From NCBI GenBank assembly GCA_030141605.1, contig JAQGDQ010000609.1, positions 46,132 to 110,131 on the forward strand: a stretch of DNA of 64,000 nt. Direction: 5' to 3'. The position numbers were made by a program, and so were the translations under genes. Below, in pieces: positions 42,000 through 56,752 of the stretch. The DNA comes from Tubiluchus corallicola (lineage: Eukaryota; Animalia; Priapulida). Each line of letters starts with the position of its first letter. The stretch's first letter is position 1. The notes beneath the pieces were generated by a model. It did not search any database. It had not been told where the DNA came from and worked only from the letters and a program-made list of their open reading frames with translations.

Positions 42000-42440
42000 A
42001 AAACATGTCAAACCACAAAGAAACACTCTTCATAAAAAAGCTCAACAAATTCGTCTTAGTATTTTTTATATCACTTACATGGTGTCTTATTGCATACACA
42101 GCTTGCGTTAGCAGTAACGCTGTGTGAAACTTGTAAATTAAAACTCCCGCGGCACAGCCAATTTAACTGCAAGTCGTTTGTCACAAGTTTAGATAACATT
42201 GCATACAGTTTAAAAAATAATCAGAGCATTCATAGCACACTCTTTGCTAACTAAGCAAAAAATACTTTATATTGTCAGTAAGATCAATAATGTGTTTTTG
42301 GTGAATCAGTGGTGCACACTGGGATGGCAGTGTAGTGCCATCTTACCAATTGGCGCAAAAATTTTAAATTATTAAGAATTTTCTTTAGCAAGTACACAAG
42401 TCTTTCGAACAGATAAGAGTAATTCTAAATAATGTAACTT
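42000..42440 (+). mobile_element. Repeat family R1, diverged copy
   Basis: AAATTCGTCTT...TATCACTTACAT...GCAGTAACGCTGT...AAACTCCCGCG...GTGGTGCAC colinear with 12450-12870. Confidence 0.75.
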
Positions 42441-42864
42441 TGTAAGGCCTGTTTTGGCGTTATATTTTAAAATTCTCTTTAAACAAAGTATTTACAACAA
42501 AGAACTTTTACTGACAATGTGATTAAAAATCCACATTCGTTTCAAACTTGATAGTAACCAAAATTACTCGCTGTGACAAATTTCCTGTTTTGTAATATGG
42601 CGTTTGGAAATAAAACTATTCTTTAAAACAAGTGATTTATGTTACTTGAACTAAACGCTCAGTTCCTGCCTTTGTTTACCGGATACCGGGCAAGTTTATT
42701 TACGTGGAAAAGGTTGAATTCTGTTGTTTTTGTTCGTTCTAACTGTTTATTACGTGTGACAACCATCAATAAAGTTGTGTTTAGCAAATTCAACAATCTT
42801 TCACGCCAAACGCACGAGTGATGTAATGTCATGTATCTGTTTTCACTTGATTGGCGCGTACAGT

Positions 42865-43838
42865 TAGGGATGTGAACGATAACGATACGTATCGATAATT
42901 ACCGAATATCGTATCGGTACGGAAAATTTGTTTTTATCGTTATCGCATCGATTTTGGCTTGTATCGTTGCTTATCGCTTGCCTTTATAAAATCTCTTCAC
43001 TTTGCTTTTCAATTTACTTACAGGAATTAAGCAAAACAGGGGATGAAAAGAATTATTTAAATTTATAAGCTTGTCAGACACATGCAGTTCACTTTCTCTC
43101 AGCAATAGCGGTTATCTTTATTCTGATTCTGAATCATACAGACTGGCCAATGCCGTATACAACGTACTGTATTTTTGGTGTCATCGTCTCGGACACGTGT
43201 AATTGTGCAGCTCGCATGGATAAATGTTTATATCGTAGTAATTTATGTATCTATCGCAGCTTACTTATTTATGAATCATTGTAACAACGAAGCAGAAAAT
43301 TTCATCGTAGTCACGTAATGGTTTTACATTAATGGTTTAATTATTAGAGATACATTTTCTGTTGTTGCATAAATTTTCTAACTTCAGTATCGTTTTCATT
43401 GCTCGAAATAATTTATCGTATCGTATCGTAACGTCTAAAAAGTGTATTATCGTTACCGTTAATGTCAAAAAAGTGTATTATAGTTATCGTTAATGTCAAA
43501 AAAGTGTATTATAGTTATCGTTAACGTCTGAAAAGTGTATTATAGTTACCGATAATGTCAAAAAAGTGTATCATCGTTATCGTTAACGTCTAAAAAGTGT
43601 ATTATCGTTATCGTACCGAAAATATCGTATCTTGTCGTTATCGTATCGCCAAATTTGAATCGTTCAACGTCCCTACCTACAGGGCGAGTAACGTGCTAAT
43701 TAGACAATGAAGTATTCTAATTTATAGTAACTAAATTACAGGTATTGAACGTCTAAAAAGTGTATTATCGTTACCATACCGAAAATATCGTATCTTGTCG
43801 TTATCGTATCGCCAAATTTGTATCGTTCAACATTCCTA
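42865..43838. mobile_element. hAT-like MITE with an internal 31-bp-range satellite and a duplicated right end
   Basis: Left TIR TAGGGATGTGAACGAT at 42865; right TIR ATCGTTCAACGTCCCTA ending 43675 and again ATCGTTCAACATTCCTA ending 43838. 8-bp flanks CGTACAGT (left), CCTACAGG and CCTACAGT (right). Confidence 0.8.
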
Positions 43839-44474
43839 CCTACAGTGCCGAGTAACGTGCTAATTACACAATGAAGTTTTCTGATTTACAGCAACTTAAT
43901 TACACGTATTTGAGGCAAAAACAAGGAAGACATTTTACTAGAGAGTGAACGTTTTAATTGCTTACATGAAGAAAACATAAAACGATTGTTTACCGAAAGA
44001 AAACAAAAGTGTTCTGTACGTTCACTAGCATTATAAAACAGCGCCTGATTGTTCTATATAGGCCAGAATATGGCGTGAACAACTATGTTTACTTAAACTC
44101 ATCCGTAAACAAGTGTTGTTTACCTTTCTGTCACAAATAAACAAGTATTGCTACTTTGTAAATACGAGCTTGTGTGAGTGACGGGGGCGTATCCGGAAAT
44201 TAGGTGCTAATGTACTGAGGCACTGGGAGGAATTTTAATGGAACATCATTAGCATTCAGTGTATAAGGGCGGATCCAGGGCGCAAAGTAGTAATGGAAAA
44301 AATTTGTGCAAATATTTCTAGCTTCCATATTTATGGAAAATGAATTCGGCTTACTAAAATGATGATACGTATTTATTTTAATTTTAAAATCCACCAGCTT
44401 TATAAATTTTTAATCGTGTTCAGTGTGCCTTTTTTCAAGATTGGTAATAGCACAAGTATTTGTATTTTAACCAG

Positions 44475-45155
44475 CAAGAAAAGGGGCACCTGAAGTAGGT
44501 TTCAGAAAAATCGTCTTAAAAATTATACTACTGTACAGCAAATTTATGTGCATATCGTACTCGAGTTGAAAGGAATTTTTGTTTGTTTTCATTTTAAATC
44601 TCCTGCAATACTATTCCGACGACGCCATTACATGACGTCATATACGCACCAGGTAAATCAGGGGAAGAAAAGGAAATGTTAAATTATGTCCCAAAAAACT
44701 TTCCATGCAAATCTATATTACTTAGCATTTCGTTTACCTGCTGGAAAGACTTATGTAACTAGAAAAATAATAATTATTTAAAATGCTTTCACTAATTGGC
44801 AAAATGTCGCTGACTCACCACCCTCCAGGGTGCGCCACTCGCTAACCAAAAAGGTATTTTTAATCTTATTGACAAGATACAGTAATTTTAAATTTTATTT
44901 AGTTGGTGACACATGTGCTACGAATGCTCTGATTATTTTTTCAAACTTTACTTAGTGTTATCTAAACTTGTTTCAAACGACCTACCATCAAAATGGCTGC
45001 GTCTAACGGTCATCGCCGGAGTTTAAATTTACAAGATTTATACAGCGTTACTGCCGACAAAACCCCTGCACGGAAAAAGACAGTACGTAAGTGGTATAAA
45101 ATTTCAAGACAAATTTTTTGAGCTTTATGTTTATGAGGGTGTTTTCTTGTAATTT
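44475..45155 (-). mobile_element. Repeat family R1, inverted copy
   Basis: Reverse complement of 12410-13090. Confidence 0.85.
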
Positions 45156-46644
45156 AAAAATATGTTTCTTTTAAATTTGTTGACCCCTTGACATAAAAAG
45201 CTCCTGACATTTATGTAGAGAATTTGCCAAAAGACCAGAGACATTTCGTATCTGTATGCCGTTAATCATCGTCATCATCATCATCGTCGTCGCCAATGTC
45301 GTCAGCATTCCATGCTCATTACGCTTATTACAGATATTAGGCAGGCAGAACTCTAAAGTAAAAGAAATGCGAACTCAAAACAGATAAACACAGCAGTAAT
45401 CGAGCAAAAAACTAGACAATGCCATGCCAATGGCTTGTCAGCACCACTTCCATACCACAGTACTTGAATTCTGAGAGCACAGTTAACAAATACAAACAAA
45501 AGGAATAAACCAAAGCGGTTAAATAATCACTTTTTTGTAAATAATCACTCAGTTGACATAATAACACAAAACAATTGAACACGCACATGACAGGTGCATT
45601 GTAAATAATGTTAATTATTACGTAATTAATTGCTAAAATTTCACGTCACTTCTGCAAAATTACACCGCGCAATTAATTATATAGGCCAACAGTTTCACAT
45701 ACAATTTACTAATATTAATTTTTTGTACAAGAGTGAAAAGGGATTTTTCACCAGCTTCTAAACGATTAGATTGATCACGTGATAATTACCTGTAGAATTA
45801 CGTCCTTTCTCTGAAATGCTGACAAATTAATGACAACATAATCATTTATACCTTTAATCGTTTAATTAAATAATTTGATTAGACCACACCGCTTTTACAT
45901 TCATTTAAATCATTTTGAGAATTTCAGTGGCAATAAATAAGCGTATAATGTGAAAACTTAACTTTAACAATCCGTCAGTAACACAGTAGTTAGTTTGTAT
46001 GAAATGAATCAGAATAACCAGATAGACCCAGTAACTATAGTAACCGACGCTTATATTGACCATGAATTGACGTTGTTGCCGCAATGCAATCACATAGATA
46101 ACGTGATTTCCTCAAAAACCTGAATTAAGAATTGCTAGCAGTCAGAACGTTGCAGGAACGTCCAATGGAATGTTTCAACGTGACTTCACTAAGTACAAAT
46201 ATTACATTGTTTTTGGAGAGTATTCGTTTCCACAGAAAACTAACCATAAGCACCGTTTGAACTTATTAAAATGGGGATGTTTGCAATTGATTAGCATGTA
46301 TAACATGTCAGTATGCATAAATTATTACCGTATTGTGTATGGCTGCGTGAAATACTTAAAAGCGACAGCAAAAATACTTACAAATACAGTAAATTACCCA
46401 GGGGAGAATTACCCTTTCGTACCACTTAAGGATAAATGCCACTGTATCCACGACTGTTAGAAATGTGATGAGATGTGATCTCCACAGGTAGATACATAGT
46501 ACACGGCTATATCTACGTTCACACTCAGCCACTAGTGGGTACACCCAAAATGCTCCTCACCAGAGCCCCTGAAATTTTTCACTCAAAGGGTACGATTCAC
46601 AGAACCAGGTCTGTGATTCGTACCATCATGTTGCTATTATAGTG

Positions 46645-47316
46645 CTCCTGGTAACGATTAACAATGCCTGGGACGATTAATAATACCTGGTACGATTAAC
46701 AATACCTGGTACGATTAGCAATACCTGGTAACGATTAACAATACTACCTGGCACGATTAACAATACCTGGTACGATTAACAATACCTGGTAACGATTAAC
46801 AATACCTGGTATGATTAGCAATACCTGGTAGCGATTAACAATACCTGGTACGATTAACAATACCTTGGTACGATTAACAATACCTGGTACGATTAACAAT
46901 ACCTGGTACGATTAGCAATACCTGGGAATGATTAACAATACTACCTGGTACGATTAACAATACCTTGGTACGATTAACAATACCTGGTACGATTAACAAT
47001 ACCTGGTACGATTAGCAATACCTGTGAATGATTAACAATACTACCTGGTACGATTAAGAATACCTGGTACGATTAACAATACCTGGTAACGATTAACAAT
47101 ACCTGGTACGATTAACAATACCTGGTAACGATTAACAATACCTGGCACGATTAACAATACCTGGTAACGATTAACAATACCCGGTACGATTAACAATACC
47201 TGGTAACGATTAACAATACCTGGTACCATTAGCAATACCTGGTAACGATTAACAATACCTGGTACGATTAACAATACCTGGTACGATTAACAATACCTGG
47301 TAACGATTAACAATAC
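46645..47316. repeat. 19/20-bp minisatellite (TACCTGGTA[A]CGATTAACAA)n with higher-order structure
   Basis: Head-to-tail monomers with no spacers. Confidence 0.96.
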
Positions 47317-49381
47317 AAGTAAAACCGATTTCACAAGTAAAACCGACATTTAATGCGAACAAAAACATTTGAATGTGTTATTCGTTTGGAAAACATAGGA
47401 ACATACAGATCACAGTCACTCGTTACTCCATTGGAGTAGAAAAATGCACACTCGGATCCCAAATAAAGTGAAATTAGTCAGTAATACGAGTGAAAATTTA
47501 CTCGTTGATAAACTATATTACTGTAAGATACTGTATCTTTTACTCAGAAAATGACTGAATGATATAATACAGTAAATCAAGTACATAGAATTATGTTTTA
47601 AACCTATGAATCCCATTTCAATATTTAGAATTGATGTTTGCAATAAATTTAGCACGTATAATAACATGTTATATGCATAAATTATTACCTTATTCTATAA
47701 AGCTGCGTGAAATACTTAAAAATGACAGCAAATACAGTTACAAATACAGTAAATTACCTATGAATCCCATTTCAATTTTTTATTGTTAGCATGTTAGTAT
47801 GCATAAATTATTACCGCATTGTGTATGGCTGTATAAAATAACCTAAAACAACGCCGTACACTGGCAGCTATTTCCTCTCCTTTATTTATAAAGAAGAGAA
47901 AAACAGTACATGTACTGCATTTTTATTTTTTGTAAAGCTTGAAACTCACTGCCCGACATTAGCCAGTGTACCTCTATAAATAATTATAATCATATGACCG
48001 GCTGATTAGATATCTTGGATTAATGCGCCTTAAGAAATTACTTTATGACGTTGTTCAAAATGAAAGGTATTTTTACGGTTCTTTAGAAATGTACTTCATT
48101 GTTTTCTGAGGTGCTATTACAGTTCGATGAATTTCTGTGAATTTTTGTACTGAGTGACTCATAGTGCGTTGTTATTATATGCAGTTGTGTCTCTAACCTA
48201 CATACCTATAAGACCATTGGTACTCCTGACCATGGTCAAATGATTCATAGTGTGAAACTTTACAGTGTAAGTTAGCCTAGAAAACTCTCTTGCATAACTC
48301 ATACCATAAGCGTTAAACTAAGTACGCTGCACACTTTCGAGGCTGCAAACGAAAGGGGGTCAAAAGTAGTGGGTTCGGAGGTACTTGTAGAAGAGCTAAA
48401 AACACTATTTTGGAAGTTTCTTTAGCAAGTCACAACCTATGGTTTACAAAAAGATGAAAACGTTAACTAACTTTCTTAATATTTTTAAGAAAAATGAAAC
48501 AGAGAAAGTTTTGGGAGTACATGAAAAGATGAAGTGAGAAGACAGGTTGTCAAACTGAGAAAGTTTTACAAATTCACATCAGGAAATATAGAAACGAAAG
48601 TCTTGACGTGTTACAATGAGGGCTTAAAGTAAGTGTCCTTTAGGAGCATTTTAAGAACCACTTTTAGAAGTGAGAATCCTCAAAAGAATTATTTTAGAGA
48701 TAGCCAATGAGAATATCTTACCTATGTGCTAAGAAGAAGCTTTAACAAGGAGTCTGGGTGTGATAAGAGAATAGTCTATAAAAGAGATTTAAATATCGTT
48801 TGAGGTTAATTGATGAGTACCTTAGAGAAAAACCAGGATGTCTCGTCTGGAGAAAATGTCTAAATAATATAATTGGCCTGCATGGGGGGTTGATACTTAC
48901 ATGAAGATCGGTTAGAAAAGTCCAGTTAGGTGTGTTCTAGACATAATGCGGAGAAAAACAAACCACGTGTTTTCTAGGAGTATCTGCCTAGAGGATCACA
49001 CAAATACCAGCAATATTGCGTTTGCCCTCCGCACGCATGCGCAGCTAGTTTGATTCTTCTGGTGGTATTCTGCATATTATATTCAATTTGACTTTTGTTA
49101 TAAGTGTTTTCAATTAGATACAATGAGACGTTTGGTTTGCTCCTCTTTCGGCTTGATCCTCCTTTACGAGTTCCCCTTAAATGATGGTCAGAATTTTCTT
49201 TACCAGTGTAGGAAACTTAGTGCAGGTGGTTTGTTGAAACACGGCTTGAAGTGACCCTAAAATGAGACTTAACTGATTACATCCGAAGGTTCGACATGCC
49301 AGCAAAATGTAGATTGATCCTTCTTGCACACATTGCCTATCTGACATTCAAAGGACGTGATCCTTTTGAGTGGCCTTCAAA

Positions 49382-49851
49382 CAGTGCCGGATTAAGGAAT
49401 GGAATTTAAGGCCCGCTACCAGGGCCTCCAGAGATTAAGTGAAATTAATTTACTGTGAAAAGTTACGACAGAATGTGAGTAGAAGCATGATGAATTTTTT
49501 CTTTAAAAGGGCACAGTTAATTAATGTACTGTATAATAATACGCTGGAGTTGTTTTTCTTGTCCATCATTCCAACTCATTGGTACTACCACACTGGCAGT
49601 CCTGATTACAATGACACAATCTCACAGGAATGGAGATCTCACTTCTCCTCTGACAGAGATAAGATGTCTCTGTCCTGAGAGAACTTAGTGGTAGTCTACC
49701 ACTAATCTCAGTATACTCTGGCCTAGTGGACCTCTAGATTAGGTATTCTTAGTCCGGTTCTTGAAGTTGAAGGACCTGAGAGTAATTGTTATTGGGGGCC
49801 GGGGCTTCAGTATCTGTAGCATAGGGGCCTACAAAATCAAATCCGCTCCTG
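49382..49851. mobile_element. Possible old hAT-like MITE
   Basis: CAGTGCCGGATT ... AATCCGCTCCTG imperfect TIRs with GGCCC/GGGGCC subterminal motifs; flanks match only 5 of 8. Confidence 0.45.
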
Positions 49852-49862
49852 TCTTAAAGAGA

Positions 49863-50383
49863 TCATATCTGTACAAAGTATCAGTAAAAAGAACTAATGA
49901 ATTCATGTCTGTACAAAGTATCAGTAAAAGGAACTAATGAATTCATGCTTGTAAAAAGTATCAGTAAAAGGAACTAATGAATTCATGTCTGTACAAAGTA
50001 TCAGTAAAAGGAACTAATGAATTCATGCCTGTACAAAGTATCAGTAAAAGGAGCTAATGAATTCATGCCTGTACAAAGTATCAGTAAAAGAAACTAATGA
50101 ATTCATGTCTGTACAAAGTATCAGTAAAAGAAACTAACGAATTCATGTCTGTATAAAGTATCAGTAAAAGGAACTAACGAATTCGTGCTTGTACAAAGTA
50201 TCAGTAAAAGAAACTAATGAATTCATGTCTGTAAAAAGTATCAGTAAAAGGAACTAGTGAATTCATGTCTGTACAAAGTATCAGTAAAAGAAACTAACGA
50301 ATTCATGTCTGTGCAAAATATCAGTAAAAGGAACTAATGAATTCATGTCTGTACAAAGCATCGGTAAAAGGAAATAATGAATT
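49863..50383. repeat. 40-bp minisatellite, 13 copies
   Basis: GTACAAAGTATCAGTAAAAGGAACTAATGAATTCATGTCT at exact 40-bp period from 49871 to 50351. Confidence 0.97.
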
Positions 50384-51774
50384 TTCTTCAGTCAATCAAA
50401 CTGTCTTAGAAACACTATTAGAAACACGCTAGTTGCCTGCCCTAGAGCGTAGCGTCTGGCAAACTGGAAATCTAAGCAGCAGTTTTAATTGGTATTTTTA
50501 TTACCTAAGAAGTTGTTCGAAATTTGAAATAAATTCGATTTTGATAGATCTCTCAAGCTTATGACCTTTACCACGCATTTTATTCGACAAGCAGTGGAAG
50601 AGAAAACACAGTTTGATCTATGACTGAAGGTTAAGAAGAATTGGAATGTTACAGAGCTGTAGTTACAGTAATTATTGCATCACGGATCTCCTTAAAACTG
50701 GTTGAGTGACATTGTAAATAATTATACTGTATATATGTCATTAAAACCGAATCACGCAAGTTCTCCATACGGTCTACGATAGCTGGGTCTAGTAACTGTC
50801 GTTATAGTAACACCGTTACAGGAAATGTGTTTAGTTATATTCAGCGTTATTATTCTGTATATTTTACTAATGGTTTATCGGTTTTTAATTTGTTAATAAC
50901 TCGAGTTATTATTACGAACGTACAAGATGCGATGTCTACTTTAAATGGAAAAGACAAGTCACTTAGCATGATGGGTTGATTCTAATGTTATCACTTAAAC
51001 TTAGAAAAACGTCGCAAACAAATTTGCAAAAAAACTTTCTATAAAGCGTGGAGTTAATTTATACTTCCGCTGTATAGAAATTTTCAGGCGCGGTGGCGGC
51101 CGCCATTCACATGAAAACTGTGACATAACTGGTGGACTTCGTGACTTTTCGTAAACGCATCGTGGCTTGTCGTAAACGCTTGCTGCAGCTGCTGCTTAAA
51201 CTAGTTCAAACTTCTGCAGCTTGCCTGATGCTCACGCTTTTTGTAAAAACTTTTTATACTTTTGACGGAAATTGACAGAGCGCTGCTTTTCTTTAGTCAA
51301 TCAATGACGTCATTTGTGGAATATTAGCAATCAAAATGGAAGCGCCCAAGCGTGAAGTGATCGCGATTCTAAACTGATTTGACTAATTACACGAGGCGCT
51401 TATCACACTTTTATTACTAAATTCTTCTAACATTTTTGCAAATATTGAAAATGTACCTTTCCTTTAAGAATATGAATTATTAGTCATTTTGTTATTCTTA
51501 TTAGTTATATATTAGATATATAGATAATCTACTCGCTCAGTAATTACAATTTACAATTTGTAATGCTGAAATTAATATTTTTCAAACATTTTATCAGTTT
51601 TCTTTTAACCTTTTATCTGCAAAATTTTATTCTGTACCGTCTATATGTTGTATTATCTTCCGTATTTCATTCTTTCTTGTAAACATTTTTTAACGAAGAT
51701 TACGTATAAAATAAAAAAATAAATGAAAATAAAATTGTTGTTGTTACCCAGATTACGAGATACTAGATTTCGAA

Positions 51775-52310
51775 GAGAAGTCCAGTGAGAATCGCCTTAA
51801 AGGAAGCCCTAAAACCTTGCAAAAAACCATCTGGTAAACCCAAAACAACTTGGATAGCTAAGATAAATAAAGATGTTCAGCAACTTCAACCAAACGCTGG
51901 TAGTTGCAGATAGAAGTGGGTGGAATACTCTGATCAATGATGGTGTCTCAATGCCTAAAATAGGTGGACTGAGACTTTGATGATGATGTTGATGACGATA
52001 ATGATGATGATGATGACGATGTTGATGACGACGACGATGACGATGAGAATGACAATGATGATGATGATAATGATGATGACGATGATGATGACGATGACGA
52101 TGAGAATGACAAGGATGATGATGATGATGATGATGATGGTGGTGATGATGATGACAATGATGATGATGATGATGATGATGATGGTGATGACGATCATGAT
52201 GATGCTGATGATGATGACGATGACGATGATAATGAAGAGGAGGAGGAGGAGAAGGAGGATGAGGACGATGACGATGATGATGATTGATGTTGTTGCTGGA
52301 TGATATTGAT
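51775..52310 (+). mobile_element. RTE-like LINE 3' end with an expanded (GAT)n tail
   Basis: Manual translation SPVRIALKEALKPCKKPSGKPKTTWIAKINKD, then DRSGW; (GAT)n-rich run from about 51977. Confidence 0.78.
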
Positions 52311-52904
52311 GAAGTTTTTCTTTTAAATATTTAATAGGCAGTTGTAAATGTACGTATTTTTCTGAAACTAACGACTGGTCAAGTACATTTCACGACACAA
52401 GTAATTTTTCTACACTTCAGTTTATAAGACGTTTTCTAAGATAAGACAGATACATAGGTAACCTGGCAGACTATCGTATTTTCTATTATAAACAAAATAA
52501 ACAAACTCCATGCAGAGAATGTTCCGTTCCGGGCTCGAACGTCTATTGTGTTGTGCTGCATGCATATGGGGAAATGAACTTGAGTTTTGCCAGTTCCTTA
52601 ATTTTCAAAACAAACATCGTCAGAGACAGATACGTGAGCAAGACGGGTTATGTATCAGAACTTACACGTTCACGTGCGGGGCAATGCACTTCTGCTGCAA
52701 CTAATGCTTGCATTCAATGGATTTGCTTATTTATTATTAATTAAAATAATATTGAATTTTGAATGCGTCTTCAGTTATGGTCTCTCCTGAATGAACTGTA
52801 AACACAGTTTGTAAACAAGAAAATTTAGAATGAACCTGCAAGGCATTTCCTTTATATTCGTGTATCAATTTGAAAGTATTTTGCAGTTTACTTCACTTAT
52901 GTTA

Positions 52905-53570
52905 GCTCTACCTTACTTTACATCTTATATAACTTTACTTACCTTGACCTAAATTTACCTTACTTTATTTTTTGTTACCATTTCCTATAATATCTTACCT
53001 TGTTTTACTTTATTTTACCGACCTTATCTTTCATTACCTTAACTTGCCTTCCTTAGCTTGTCTTACCTTACCCTTACCCACCTTATTTTATCTTACCTTA
53101 CCTCACTTTACCTTAATTTACCTTACCTTATCTTACCTTTCCTTACCTTAACTTACCTTGCCTTACCTTATCTTACATTGCCTTACCTTACCTTACCTTA
53201 CCTTACCTTACCTTACCTTACCTTACCTTACCTTACCTTACCTTACCTTACCTTACCTTACCTTACCTTACCTTACCTTACCTTACCTTACCTTACCTTG
53301 CCTTGCCTTGCCTTACCTTACCTTACCTTACCTTACCTTACCTTATGTAACCTTACTTTAACTTACTATACCTTACCTTACCTTACCTTACCTTACCTTA
53401 CCTTACCTTACCTTACCTTACCTTACCTTACCTTACCTTACCTTACCTTACCTTACCTTACCTTACCTTACCTTACCTTACCTTACCTTACCTTACCTTT
53501 CCTTACCTTACCTTGCCTAACCTTATCTTACCTTACCTTACTATACCTTACTTTACAGTTAACCTTGCTT
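52905..53570. repeat. (CCTTA)n pentanucleotide satellite
   Basis: Directly visible. Confidence 0.97.
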
Positions 53571-54896
53571 AATTCCTGAATGATATGTGTGCCTGAATGA
53601 TGCCTTGTCCAGCCATCACGAGAATTTCCAAAACAATTTTTATATTATACAGCTCGTGTTAATTCACTGAGTTACTTCATGTGACTCGCCATGAAGGATC
53701 TAATGAGTTAAACTCTGTCCTTAAATTCGGTTCCTTAATTAACTAGTTCGGCCTTACATTTGAGTGCCCGACTGCTTGCATGGAGCGAATATCAGTAGTC
53801 TAGCAGTGAAAAGGCTAGATATACATTGCTATAGAATAGAATGTCCAGAAACTGGCCAACGCCTTGACTACATTTTATCAGTTTCATAAACAATCCCTCA
53901 AGACTTAGCGTGCGTTATTTGATTAGTCTTGAAGGTCAGCAAGTTTTTTATCCCACGGAATGCTGAACAACGCTTGTGTTAACAGCTAAGAGGTACTCAT
54001 GTAGCTAAGAGATAAATGCACAGGAGGTCGAAATTACTACACTGGTAATAGATTAGGCCAATCCATTTACAACAGAAAGTCACTCCCCTTTTCAAGGTGA
54101 AGGAATTATTTCTCACAAGATCCACGTTGTTTAGGACGCGAGAGATAAATACAATAACAACAAACAACAATATGCTTCATAAAAAATAAACAATAATTAT
54201 TAGTTCTAAGTCAATGGGTAAAAAGGAAAAAAATCACATTTTCTCACTTTCTTTTTTAATTAATTAATTTATTTATTTTATTTATTTATTTATTTTTCTG
54301 TTTACTTTGTTTAGTACCCAATGTAGTCAGTCAACGCAGCTGTTTAAGCCTACTTTGGAAACTGATTAGGCCCATACTTGGAAACAAACTAAAATCTTTT
54401 CATTTTATTCTGAAATTTAAAGCTTGGTGCATAAGATGTGACTCAGATGACATGTCTCGTAAGAAAACCCTGCCCGAAATACTGAAGTAACATGGTGGCG
54501 CCATCTTGTACTCGCAAACGTAAACACTTTAACGTAGCATATTACAAAGAATTAGCAGACAGTTTTCGCCAAAAGTGACACTTTCATAGCAAATTTAACA
54601 TTAAGAATTATGTTTTTAAAATTTTTATTTTTAATCTAACCATGTTGCTTTCGGCTAGTTTTCGGCTTGTATTAACGTTAAATGACTTTCATCATGATCA
54701 TCATCAACGTCATCATCGTAACTGTGGTCATCATCATCATCATCATCATCGTCACTATCATCGCCATCATCGTCCTCAACTTTCTAAGTTTGCAGTTTGG
54801 TCATTTCGTTGGTTGGTTCATAGTGGTTTTTGATCGGGCAGTTAATTTTAAGCTGGTCAGCGGAGGATCCCTTGGAGTGGATTAGTTTTAGCCAGG

Positions 54897-55326
<430 letters not shown>

Positions 55327-55442
55327 GTGAACGTGAAGGCAACAGGAACGTACAGCAAACTACTAAGTAAGAATAGCTAACTAAGAATTCTGAACTATAT
55401 CTACAAAAAATTAACAATTCTTGTCATTTTTACATATGTTGT

Positions 55443-55684
55443 TTACTGACGTTCATATTTTAGTAACTTTGGAAATGATTCATTTACAGTAAATATATCG
55501 GTGTTCTTGAAATCAGACGATAATTTTTGTTCTTTTTCTGGAGCATTCACGTCGATCTCTGGTCGCTTGACGTCATAATAAAACATCACAGGAACAGCAA
55601 ACGTCAGAGCTGCTGATATGAACTCAGCTACAGCCATGGCGATGAACGTTCCTGTTGTTGATTGAGTTTTATCTAAAATCACAC
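55443..55684 (-). CDS. SLC16/MCT-like transporter, coding exon 4 (last)
   Basis: Acceptor TTTTCAG at 55685-91; G|GT GTG ATT TTA GAT gives GVILD..., TM12, TAA at 55443-45; 242 bp. Confidence 0.88.
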
Positions 55685-55937
55685 CTGAAAAATTCATTGC
55701 AGCTTTTAACTTTTATAGTCAGTCATCTACAAAGTAGGACCTTTCAGTAATAGGTTTAGTACTAAACTTTTAAATATCCCACCTGTAGATGGCGCCACAC
55801 GCCTAGTCTTTAGTGCAGCAAATGCAAACAGCTGGGCTTTAGCTTTCACTAATTGAATCCATGAACTATAACTGTAACGTTTCATAATTTTTATGCAATA
55901 ATGTACTGTGTTTGGTATTATTAATAAAAACTATGAG

Positions 55938-56642
55938 TAATGCCCCAACTGCATTTATCTCTAAGGATCAGTGCTGAAGTGTTTAAATCTTTCTGTGCAA
56001 AATCTAAATATGTTAACATTTGTCCTCCTGCAGGTTTTTTAGCTCGTTCTATGACTTGTTGAAGAGCTATTTTCACTGGATTATCATCAGGTAGTCTAAG
56101 CATATGCCCAATCCATCTTAAACGGCATCTTTTCATTTTTCTTGTCCAAGGTTCTTCTTTTATTTTTTCATATAGATCTTTGTTTGAAATTTTCTTTGGC
56201 CATCTAATACCCAAAATGTTTCTGTAATTTCGCCTTTGAAACGCATCGATTTCAGCTTTATGATTTGCTTTTAATGTCCAAAACTCAGAGTTATACAGAA
56301 ATACAGTTTCAACTAACGCTGAGAATATTCTAATTTTTGTTCCAATGAAGCCTTCCTATTCTCGAAAACTTTCGTGAGTTTTGAGTAAGCTGATAATGCC
56401 ATTATCTTCCGTCTTGATATGTCGTCTTCTGATGCTAGCAGACTACCGAGATACTTGCATCTTTGCCATGATTCATCACCATGGCGTGTTATGTGAAACT
56501 CTACAGTTTTAGTTTTTTTTACTACGAGATCCATTCTGTTCAGTTTCTCTTCTACTGAGTTATTTATTTCATTTATTTCTTCTTTGTTTATTGTAATCCA
56601 TGCTATATCATCAGCATACTGCATAGGTATAACAGTTGACAT
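55938..56642 (-). mobile_element. RTE-like LINE reverse-transcriptase fragment in transporter intron 3
   Basis: QYADDIA, KYLGS and LRWIGHMLR motifs; frameshifted. Confidence 0.92.
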
Positions 56643-56752
56643 ATTTTATCGACAACACGCTCAACTAAATATTATACATATTTTTTAAATTTAAGGAGCT
56701 TAATTAACATCTTAATTAATTAATCAATCAATTAATTAATTAATTAGCTCAC

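Noticed and set aside
46645-47316. CRISPR-like array (also considered for 49863-50383 and 24252-24576)
   Set aside because: Units are head-to-tail with no unique spacers, there are no cas genes, and the context is eukaryotic.
48200-49000. Purine-rich stretch resembling decayed coding sequence
   Set aside because: No ORF of 60 aa or more and no motif I could recognise; needs a frameshift-aware translated search.
52905-53570. Interstitial telomeric repeat
   Set aside because: The unit is CCTTA (TAAGG), not CCTAA (TTAGG) or CCCTAA.
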